DNA from: Euryarchaeota archaeon UBA438 | Lineage (GTDB): Archaea > Thermoplasmatota > Poseidoniia > Poseidoniales > Thalassarchaeaceae | Reading direction: 5' to 3' | DNA: 62,724 nucleotides | NCBI GenBank assembly: GCA_002504435.1 | Contig: DAQP01000049.1 | Span: 1-62,724 of the forward strand | In this document: piece by piece, positions 53,716 to 62,724 of the stretch | Layout: every line of letters begins with the position of its first letter | How positions within the stretch are numbered: position 1 is the first letter of the stretch | Program-made: the position numbers and the translations under genes | Notes under the pieces: generated by a model | Told to the model about the DNA's origin: nothing | What the model saw: only the letters and a program-made list of their open reading frames with translations | Database searches by the model: none

Positions 53716-54229
53716 ACAGGTGGGCGTGCTTGGCCCTCGTCTTAGCAATTTTCGGAGCCACAACCATCATGCAATAGGGGTTTGAAGGGTTATTCTCGAA
53801 GTAATCGTGGTGATATCCCTCGGCCTCATAGAATTTCTCAAGGGGGGCCACCTCAGTTACTATTTCCTCCTCAAAGACTTCCCTGAGGTCTTCAATTACC
53901 GACAATACGTCATCCCTCTGCTGATTACCGGAGTAGAATACTGCACTCCTGTATTGGGGGCCTATGTCATTGCCCTGCCTGTTGAGTTGAGTGGGGTCGT
54001 GACAAGTGAAGAAAACCTCCAGAAGGGCGACTCTATCCAGAACTGATGGGTCGAACGTGACCATTACGACCTCTGCATGGCCCGTCCTCTTTCCGCATAC
54101 CTGCTCGTATGTCGGGTTTTCCAGGTGTCCGCCCGAGTATCCGGGAACAATCTCGGAGACCCCCCTCAGGCCCTTGATGGCGCCCTCGACGCACCAGAAG
54201 CACCCTCCTCCGAGGACGATTGACTCCAA
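53708..54229 (-). CDS. msrA: peptide-methionine (S)-S-oxide reductase
   Basis: GGGCFWCVE is the active site and GHAEVV...FDP is present. The TTG start at 54229 is preceded, at 4-nt spacing, by GGAGGTGA, which is formed by the last codons and stop of guaB. Confidence 0.95.
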   Translation of the reverse strand: MESIVLGGGCFWCVEGAIKGLRGVSEIVPGYSGGHLENPTYEQVCGKRTGHAEVVMVTFDPSVLDRVALLEVFFTCHDPTQLNRQGNDIGPQYRSAVFYSGNQQRDDVLSVIEDLREVFEEEIVTEVAPLEKFYEAEGYHHDYFENNPSNPYCMMVVAPKIAKTRAKHAHLYE

Positions 54230-54233
54230 CGTT

Positions 54234-56275
<2,042 letters not shown>

Positions 56276-56318
56276 TTTCTCCATCCATGTCTATTAGCAA
56301 CGTCCTCATGGGGAGGCT

Positions 56319-56960
56319 GTGACCCAGATTAGAACGGAGGGTGCTTACTCCCCTATATCGGAGCCTTCCCCGTGGTGGCTGAGGGGGATGGCCATCTTCA
56401 TGGCCATCATGGGACTCTTCTACCTGTTCAACACAGTCATGATGGCTCTAGTTCCCGTACTTTCCTCGGGATTCATGGATATGGAGTGGGAGGAAATTGA
56501 GGAATATCCGGAGGATGGCACCGAGGAAGAGAAGGAAGAGTGGGAGGAAGGTAAGGTCGCATGGGAGGACATGCAGGACTACATGGGTGAGATGATGGAA
56601 ATGATGCGTCCAATTACTCTCCACAACGGTCTTCTCGCCATAATGGGGTTTGCAAGCGCGGTGCTCCTGTGGACCAACAGGGAGGCTGGAATCAAGTCGG
56701 TCGGCGCATGGATAGCTGTGAATCTGGCAGGCGGCGTCTGGATGATGTGGAAGATGTCCGAGATTGGCTTTACCCCTATCGACGACTACGGTCCCGAGGC
56801 CGGAGGTACTGCCATACCAGACCTAGTGAACCAGGTCTCACTATTGTTTGGCGTTGGCCAGATGGTAATCTGCAATGGGATTCTCCTAGCCATATTGTTC
56901 CTAGTTGCTAGCAAGTCCAAGCCAGAAACCTCATTCGACATCCCATCTGGTTTCCGATAG
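56319..56960 (+). CDS. hypothetical 4-TM membrane protein with a Met/Glu-rich loop
   Basis: The start is GTG at 56319, with the first in-frame ATG at 56388. The loop between TM1 and TM2 (residues ~51-98) contains 8 Met in MDM, MQDYM and MGEMMEMM clusters among many Glu/Asp. Confidence 0.55.
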   Translation: MTQIRTEGAYSPISEPSPWWLRGMAIFMAIMGLFYLFNTVMMALVPVLSSGFMDMEWEEIEEYPEDGTEEEKEEWEEGKVAWEDMQDYMGEMMEMMRPITLHNGLLAIMGFASAVLLWTNREAGIKSVGAWIAVNLAGGVWMMWKMSEIGFTPIDDYGPEAGGTAIPDLVNQVSLLFGVGQMVICNGILLAILFLVASKSKPETSFDIPSGFR

Positions 56961-57004
56961 GATAGAATCACTATGTTCAAGAGGTCGTTGCCTTCTCCTG
57001 TTTC

Positions 57005-57340
57005 ATGGAACAAGTAGTGAATGGCATACTCGTGGTAAACACGGAGACGATACCGGGGAAGATGATAACCGAAACATTGGGGGTGGTCAGCGGTTCGACC
57101 GTGAGGGCCAAGCACCTGGGGAAGGACATCTTCGCAGGACTCAAGAACATTGTAGGAGGGGAGCTTGCTCAGTACACAGAACTCCTCCAGGAAAGCCGTC
57201 AGGAGGCCGTGGGAAGGATGGTCGCTGATGCTATGTCGATCGGGGCCACAGCAGTGGTGAACGTGAGGTTCGCGACTTCCGCTATCACCGCGGGCGCTGC
57301 AGAGCTGTTCGCCTACGGGACCGCCGTGAAGTACGAGTGA
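57005..57340 (+). CDS. ybjQ: YbjQ/UPF0145 family protein (putative heavy-metal-binding domain)
   Basis: 111 aa. TTETIPGK...LGVVSGSTVRAKHLGKDIFAGLKNIVGGE...LLQESRQEA...GATAVVNVRF...FAYGTAVK matches the family over its full length. Confidence 0.85.
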   Translation: MEQVVNGILVVNTETIPGKMITETLGVVSGSTVRAKHLGKDIFAGLKNIVGGELAQYTELLQESRQEAVGRMVADAMSIGATAVVNVRFATSAITAGAAELFAYGTAVKYE

Positions 57341-57891
57341 GACGGGGTCTTTCGATGGCTGAGTTTGCAATATTGGGAATATTGGGCATTTTTGCATTGC
57401 CCTTCCTCCTACTTACGCTATTTTGGGCGATTTACGGCATTGCTATGCCGCTAATGTTCATCTGGGGCATGCTTACCAGTGGAAGGAATCTGGACAAAAT
57501 GATAGAGGAGACGAACGCGAGGGAGCGGTCCACGAGGGCAACCCTGGGAAGGGATCCGCTAAGCACGGTTGACAGGTGGATGGTCAGATCCGATGTCACT
57601 AACTCAGGACTGATATACGCTAGCGGAGTTTTCGGACCTAGCTACTGGCAGCTGATGATTGCCTGGGTGAACAATCTAACTGGCGGTTCTGTAACTGTAT
57701 TCCAGAAGGTAATCTCCGCAGGAAGAGCAGAGGTTATGCAGAGGCTACGTGAGAACGCCATAGAGGCTGGCTGGGATGATGTGGTCAACGTCAGGATAGA
57801 TACTGCTGATATGACACCCCAATCGTCACAGAGGGGAAGAATCAGGGGCGTCGAGGTGTTTGCATACGGTACGGGGATAAAGTACTCCTAG
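57337..57891 (+). CDS. membrane-anchored YbjQ-like domain protein
   Basis: Two N-terminal TM helices are followed by a divergent YbjQ-like domain (GLIYASGVFG...NNLTGGSVTVFQKVISAGRAEVMQRLRENAIEAGWDDVVNVRID...VEVFAYGTGIKY). The start is GTG 57337 (overlapping the upstream stop) or ATG 57355. Confidence 0.6.
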   Translation: MRRGLSMAEFAILGILGIFALPFLLLTLFWAIYGIAMPLMFIWGMLTSGRNLDKMIEETNARERSTRATLGRDPLSTVDRWMVRSDVTNSGLIYASGVFGPSYWQLMIAWVNNLTGGSVTVFQKVISAGRAEVMQRLRENAIEAGWDDVVNVRIDTADMTPQSSQRGRIRGVEVFAYGTGIKYS

Positions 57892-59372
57892 GACTCGTTG
57901 TAGATTGGCGACTCGTCCAGATGCATTGCGAGATTGAACAACCACCAAGAAATCAAGTCGAATGACTCGACCAGGTTCTGCACCCCTGTCCCATTGTCGG
58001 TCACCATCATGTCAATCATCGTCTCTAGGGTATCGCACGGCCCGTGATAGCAGTCTGAACCGCCGGTGAGTGAGCCGAAGTCCATCGAGACCACCCCAAG
58101 CTGGTCTGCTATCCTCTCGTAGTCACTCCTGCCCCTCTGAGACTCGTGCACCGAGATAGAGAGTCTCTTCTGGTCACTAGAGTCAACATCCTTCATCGAA
58201 GCGTACCCCTCGGTGTTGTATATCTCCCTCCCGAGTCGTAGTGCCTCAGCGATGTCATTGTTGTTGGAGCCTATCCACTCAGTGAGCCTTACCATGGGCC
58301 ACTGTTCGTTAATCTGGTTGTCCGTCTCCGGGATTATATCCACAACGAGAGTGTAGTATCCTGGCCAGTTGGTACCCACTGCATCGGCGTTCAGGTAGTT
58401 AGAGAGGGTGACTCCCGAAGGGATATTTTCGATCCACATATCGACTCCGTCATAGCCGTTCTCCTCGTTGGACCAAAAGCACACCACGATTGTTCTGCGG
58501 TGGTCGAACTGGGCCAGCCCCCTGGCGGCCTCTAGGACCAGGGCGACTCCTGCCCCATTGTCATGCGCGCCTATTTGCGAGCCGCCTCCGGGTGGGCTTC
58601 CCGGCTCGGCTATGTCAAGATGCGCTCCCAATACCAGCCACTCGTCTGGGAACATCGTTCCTTCCTTGTATCCACAGACATTGACGGCATAGGAGAAATC
58701 AGAAATCCAGTACCTGTGGACCTGCGAGTCGTATCCCATCCCCTGCAGCTCCCCCTGCATGTAATTGGCAGCCCTCATGTATGTTGGATCATTGAGAGTA
58801 AAGGGGCCCCATCGCTGATTGTAACCAGTATCAGGGTCAGCGAATTCCTCCAGCCACTCGAAGACACTGAGGCCGTCAATAATTCCAGTTCCATGCATTG
58901 AGCCCTCCTCAGTAGAGAAGCCAGACCTATTCTCCCTGAAAACAGGCATCTGTATGTGCGAGTAAGGGGAGCTGTTGAAGGAAGGTGAGTCGAACCATTC
59001 TCCCCAACTCTGGTTAGTTTGCCTCAATGGCCATTTCATTCTACCCTCCTCGCCTAGCAGGAAGTATGCCGAGTCGGTGTTCGAAGGTGCTAGCATTTGG
59101 ATAGTCTGAGAGCCGGGTTCGCCGAAATGCAATGTCGTGCCATTAACGACAAAGCCTGAGGAGGGGTCGAACACTAGGTACGGGACGTGTACGCTCATTG
59201 GACTGGCTACCGAGAACTCAACCTCCTGTAACTGGGCACCGGAAAGAATGGCTGGATTGACCTCTAGATCGGCAGTGGGTATCATGGGGCTGTCGTCCTC
59301 AGAGGATAGGCACCCCTGGAATGTGCCCGAAATGAAGACCAGGGCAAACAGTATCGCGGTTATCCGCCTCAT
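57888..59372 (-). CDS. secreted M28-family aminopeptidase
   Basis: The signal has a lipobox-like TFQGC. Zinc-ligand blocks are LGAHLD, GAHDNGAGVALVLEAA and SNEENGYDG. Confidence 0.85.
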   Translation of the reverse strand: MRRITAILFALVFISGTFQGCLSSEDDSPMIPTADLEVNPAILSGAQLQEVEFSVASPMSVHVPYLVFDPSSGFVVNGTTLHFGEPGSQTIQMLAPSNTDSAYFLLGEEGRMKWPLRQTNQSWGEWFDSPSFNSSPYSHIQMPVFRENRSGFSTEEGSMHGTGIIDGLSVFEWLEEFADPDTGYNQRWGPFTLNDPTYMRAANYMQGELQGMGYDSQVHRYWISDFSYAVNVCGYKEGTMFPDEWLVLGAHLDIAEPGSPPGGGSQIGAHDNGAGVALVLEAARGLAQFDHRRTIVVCFWSNEENGYDGVDMWIENIPSGVTLSNYLNADAVGTNWPGYYTLVVDIIPETDNQINEQWPMVRLTEWIGSNNNDIAEALRLGREIYNTEGYASMKDVDSSDQKRLSISVHESQRGRSDYERIADQLGVVSMDFGSLTGGSDCYHGPCDTLETMIDMMVTDNGTGVQNLVESFDLISWWLFNLAMHLDESPIYNES

Positions 59373-59393
59373 CGGCGACGGATGTGAGTGGTT

Positions 59394-59403
59394 CGTATAT
59401 GGA
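59394..59403 (-). promoter_or_regulatory. TATA box candidate for the M28 peptidase gene (minus-strand TCCATATACG)
   Basis: It is centred 26 nt upstream of ATG 59372, implying a leaderless mRNA. It shares the CATATA core with the radA, tRNA and csp boxes. Confidence 0.4.
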
Positions 59404-59445
59404 TTGGGTAGAACGAGTCAATTTCAAGACGTGTTGTCCGCACGC

Positions 59446-60513
59446 ATGCCCCTCGGACACGGCCCCTCTGCGGGATTCGGAGTCGGGGGTGAGTGCTTGC
59501 AAAGTCCCGTGACAAAGATAGACCCGGTGATAGCCGCACGCCTTTCGAAGCAGAAGTACCAGCTCGTGGGAGAGCATGGTGGAGTGAAGACTTGCCACTG
59601 GACGAAGCAGAGCCTGATCGCAGACAGGTCTTGCTACAAAGGCACATTCTACGGCATAGAGAGCCATGGGTGCATGCAAATGGCCCCCAACGTCGATACT
59701 TGCAATCTTGGCTGCACTTACTGCTGGAGGGAGCCCCATTCTGATACCCTCAACAAGATCGATGACGACCCGTACGAGTTGTATCTGGAATCCGTAAGGG
59801 GCCATAGGCGTCTTCTCACTGGGTTCGGAGGGAACCCCAAGGCCGATCCTGAGAAGTTCGCGGATGCTCAGAATCCGAAACATGTGGCGATCTCGCTGAA
59901 CGGTGAGCCTACGCTTTACTCGAGGCTCGGTGAATTCCTAGACGTCTGCCACCAGCATGGCACGTCCACATTCCTAGTGACAAACGGAAGTCTGCCGAAG
60001 GTGATCGAGAACCTAGACCCGCTCCCAACACAACTCTACGTCTCAGTGGATGCTCCGAACAAGGAGATATTCGATAGGTTATGCAAACCGAAGTTCGACC
60101 AGGGGGCTTTCTACAAGCTAGAGCAGACCTTGGAGCTCCTGCCCAGCTTGGATACACGTACCGTTTGCCGACACACCCTGATCAAGCACGAGTCACTGGG
60201 CCACCACGAGGACTACGCCCGGTTGGACAACATTGCTGACCCTGACTTCATCGAGGCGAAGGGGTATGTCAATGTCGGGAATAGCCAGAACAATCTCTCG
60301 ATAGAGAACATGCCAACACACCAGGAGATTCTGGATTTCTCCAACATACTGGCTCCAATGGTCGGAAGAGAAGTTCTTTCTGACAGGAGGGAGAGCCGTG
60401 TGGCGCTTATCGGGAAGGAAATGATTCCAGTCACCCTTCCTGAGAAGGTAAGGGATCTCCCGAAGGACCTCGGTATAGCAAAGCCCCAGAGGTTCTTACT
60501 CCCTCAGGCTTGA
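59446..60513 (+). CDS. taw1: 4-demethylwyosine synthase (radical SAM TYW1/Taw1)
   Basis: LSKQKYQLVGEHGGVKTCHWTKQSL...CYK (auxiliary cluster region), the radical SAM box CNLGCTYCW, and AISLNGEPTLY are present. The ORF's first 103 codons overlap the divergent M28 gene, so the start was set at ATG 59446. Confidence 0.85.
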   Translation: MPLGHGPSAGFGVGGECLQSPVTKIDPVIAARLSKQKYQLVGEHGGVKTCHWTKQSLIADRSCYKGTFYGIESHGCMQMAPNVDTCNLGCTYCWREPHSDTLNKIDDDPYELYLESVRGHRRLLTGFGGNPKADPEKFADAQNPKHVAISLNGEPTLYSRLGEFLDVCHQHGTSTFLVTNGSLPKVIENLDPLPTQLYVSVDAPNKEIFDRLCKPKFDQGAFYKLEQTLELLPSLDTRTVCRHTLIKHESLGHHEDYARLDNIADPDFIEAKGYVNVGNSQNNLSIENMPTHQEILDFSNILAPMVGREVLSDRRESRVALIGKEMIPVTLPEKVRDLPKDLGIAKPQRFLLPQA

Positions 60514-61499
60514 ACCATCGGTCTGCTAGAGCCGCATTCTGGGCAGCGCTGCTCCTGACTTTGCCCGTAATCATGGAAGCATGCTGGGCATGTGGCCGAT
60601 AGCTTGAATTCGGCCTTTCCATCGATGTCTATCCTCTCATCAGAGACTCTTTCCAGATTCAGGGAATCACGTACTATCTCAGGCAGTTCGAATCTCCCAG
60701 GTCCGCCGATTTGAGTGAGGATGTCGGGAGGGAGTGTGACAGTTCCGGTGTCGTCGATGATTAGTTCGCGGCTGCCCGAAAGGTCCGCGATGTCAACGTC
60801 CGTGCCGTGCTGGGCGACGAATCTGCCATCCCTGAGTTCCAGCGATCGTTCGCAGAAAGCGGCCACCTCCTTGTTATGTGTGACTAGGAAGAAGGCTACA
60901 TCTTCCTCCCTGTGCAGCGTGTCGAATAGCTCCAAAACCTCTCTACTGGTAATCGGGTCCAAGGCCCCTGTCGGCTCGTCTGCGAGTATCAGCTTGGGCT
61001 CGGTAATCAGAGCTCTGGCGATAGCGACTCTCTGTTGTTCCCCGCCTGAGAGCTCCTCCGGCATACCACCGGACCTTTCCCCCATGCCCAGGCGGTCCAA
61101 TAGGGCCTGTGCCTTCGACCTTGCAACACCCGGAAGTACGCCTTGGTGGCGAAGAGGCTGGGCTACATTGTCCAAGGCATTCATATGGGGGAGGAGGTTT
61201 GAGTCCTGGAAGATGAAGGACACAGTTTCCTGACGGAGTTTGACCAATTCGTTTCCTGTGAGTCTGGTCATTCTATTTCCTGCCAGTTCGACCCCGCCGG
61301 CTGAAGGCTTCATCAACCCGCCCAGGCACTTGAGAAGTGTTGACTTCCCAGATCCGGATGGCCCGATGACAGCCACTGCCTCTCCCTCGAGGACAGTGAC
61401 ATGAAGTCCTCTGAGGGCAACTACGTTGCCGTCTTCGGCCTTTGAATCGTAGACGTGGTAGAGTCCGTCCGCCTTCAGAATCTCATTCTCCTCAGACAT
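60504..61499 (-). CDS. ABC transporter ATP-binding protein (MacB/LolD-type) with a ~100-aa C-terminal zinc-ribbon extension
   Basis: Walker A is GPSGSGKST, the Q-loop is FIFQD, the signature is LSGGEQQRVAIARAL, Walker B is ILADEPTGALD and the H-loop is VTHN. An extension follows that ends in CPACFHDYGQSQEQRCPECG. Confidence 0.9.
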   Translation of the reverse strand: MSEENEILKADGLYHVYDSKAEDGNVVALRGLHVTVLEGEAVAVIGPSGSGKSTLLKCLGGLMKPSAGGVELAGNRMTRLTGNELVKLRQETVSFIFQDSNLLPHMNALDNVAQPLRHQGVLPGVARSKAQALLDRLGMGERSGGMPEELSGGEQQRVAIARALITEPKLILADEPTGALDPITSREVLELFDTLHREEDVAFFLVTHNKEVAAFCERSLELRDGRFVAQHGTDVDIADLSGSRELIIDDTGTVTLPPDILTQIGGPGRFELPEIVRDSLNLERVSDERIDIDGKAEFKLSATCPACFHDYGQSQEQRCPECGSSRPMVQA

Positions 61500-61503
61500 A
61501 TTC

Positions 61504-62724
61504 TCACTCTCCTTTCAGCACCACTGCCAAGTCTGCTTGCAGGGCCTTTCTAGTTGTGTAGAGAAGCGCTACAAGAACGGCGAATAGGACTGAGATGTTG
61601 ACTAATGCTAAATCAAACCATGGCCAAACCAATTCTCTTGCTATGGGGGCGCTTTGACCTAGGAACAATTGGAAGATGTATCCGAATATTCCGAAGAAGC
61701 CGTTGAATGACTCGGCGATTGCGAGGCCGAGGATGACACCCAGTGCCATGCTGACAGTCAGGATTGAGAGGATCTCGAAGAGAACTAGCCTCATCACCTG
61801 GTTTGGGCTCGCGCCGATTGCCTGTAGGATTGCCAGTTCTCTCTTTCGCTGGGTTAGAACGAGTGAGAGGAACACGAAGGCCGATGCTACTGAAGCCAGG
61901 GAGGCTACGATGAACTGCATGCTTAGTAGTCCGGGGGTACCGAAAATTAGACCGCCGTTTCGCTCATTTTCACGATGCGCGGTGGACCAGTCGGATGCTG
62001 CACTCACACCATTTCCATTCACCATCTCGGCACTGACTGCTCTGAGGGCGTCAGCACAATCATTGTCGGTCTGGTCGCACATCTCGAAGAACCATCGGGT
62101 AGAGGCGAACGAGTCCGCAGTAGCGTTCCCAACTAGCTCCCTGTAGGTGGACTCGCCGATGACGATTGCCTGCTCAGCCTCGGAAGCGGAAAGGCCTGGT
62201 ACCCATCTGTGCCTTCCTTGGTATTCAACTGCTGATTCGGTCGTTGTTGTTGTAACGATGAGTTCGAAGTTTGGTCCCAATTGGAAGTCGTAATCAGTGT
62301 ACTCGATGGTCTGACTCCCTCCCGCCTCCAAGTCATCGAAAACGTCCCTGGCAGAGGAACCAGCGGTGAACCCTCCGGATGACCAGGAGGATACTGTCGC
62401 GTCAATGTCGTCCCCTGGTATCGCTTGTGTGTCCCATATCAGGGTGTCATCATGTCCATCGAACAGGACCCATGTCCTTACCAACGCGTTCTCCCCCTTT
62501 GGATTGGTGAAAATATCGGCTACTGCAGTCATGGATGAGATGCCTGTGATGTCGGCGTCACCGGCCCTTTCTATTGCCAAAATCATCTCTGCCCTGGCCT
62601 GCTCCTCTGTCACTGCGGATTCGAACTGGACCTGCATATCCGAGCCAGTCTGGGCAGATGTGGTACGCTCATCTACTTCGGTTCCGGTGTACCCCTGGAC
62701 AGCGGCAAGGGTGACGATGGAGAG
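61504..62724 (-). CDS. ABC transporter permease, FtsX/MacB-type (5' end outside the window)
   Basis: A large extracytoplasmic domain is followed by the FtsX domain (LAILQAIGASPNQVMRLVLFEILSILTVSMALGVILGLAIA). I translated 62638-62724 in frame and found no stop, and the first TM expected for this family is missing. The gene therefore continues past the window edge. Confidence 0.8.
   Translation of the reverse strand, partial: LSIVTLAAVQGYTGTEVDERTTSAQTGSDMQVQFESAVTEEQARAEMILAIERAGDADITGISSMTAVADIFTNPKGENALVRTWVLFDGHDDTLIWDTQAIPGDDIDATVSSWSSGGFTAGSSARDVFDDLEAGGSQTIEYTDYDFQLGPNFELIVTTTTTESAVEYQGRHRWVPGLSASEAEQAIVIGESTYRELVGNATADSFASTRWFFEMCDQTDNDCADALRAVSAEMVNGNGVSAASDWSTAHRENERNGGLIFGTPGLLSMQFIVASLASVASAFVFLSLVLTQRKRELAILQAIGASPNQVMRLVLFEILSILTVSMALGVILGLAIAESFNGFFGIFGYIFQLFLGQSAPIARELVWPWFDLALVNISVLFAVLVALLYTTRKALQADLAVVLKGE

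Noticed and set aside
59137-59445. A 103-codon upstream extension of the taw1 ORF.
   Set aside because: It overlaps the 5' end of the M28 peptidase gene on the opposite strand. Taw1 homology starts near LSKQKYQLVGEHGG, just after ATG 59446.

Overview
This window is a contiguous, very gene-dense chromosomal segment of an archaeon. With my start-codon choices about 2.2 kb of 62.7 kb is left unassigned. The information-processing genes are archaeal: RadA, RNA polymerase subunit K/Rpo6, Hel308, a Cgi121-like KEOPS subunit, NFACT/RqcH, the wyosine enzymes Taw1 and Taw2, and an initiator tRNA-Met with A1:U72. Many metabolic genes are of the bacterial/aerobic kind: heme A and heme O synthases, ferrochelatase, tryptophan 2,3-dioxygenase, thiolase, an AlkB-type monooxygenase, oligoribonuclease, CspA and UvrC. 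There are also eight peptidase-family genes and four large surface proteins with a signal peptide and a C-terminal membrane anchor. Together this looks like a marine heterotrophic Thermoplasmatota genome of the Marine Group II/Poseidoniales kind; that is an inference, not verified. I saw no CRISPR array, rRNA, transposase, integrase or obvious prophage. No canonical defence or mobile system is present. The candidates worth a second look are: (1) a translationally coupled operon of two stand-alone RAM-domain proteins and a membrane-anchored subtilase; (2) next to it, a wHTH-STAND(NB-ARC-like)-helical-repeat protein; (3) a cluster of a retropepsin-like protein, a 4-TM protein with a Met/Glu-rich loop, and two YbjQ-domain proteins; (4) an AlkB-type monooxygenase followed by two orphan membrane proteins, with no rubredoxin in the window; (5) a furin/kexin-type convertase carrying a 94-aa-periodic Ca-loop/Cys-motif array; (6) a 993-aa acidic orphan surface protein; (7) a MacB-type ABC ATPase with a C-terminal zinc-ribbon extension. 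All functional calls come from motif recognition by eye, and no database search was run.
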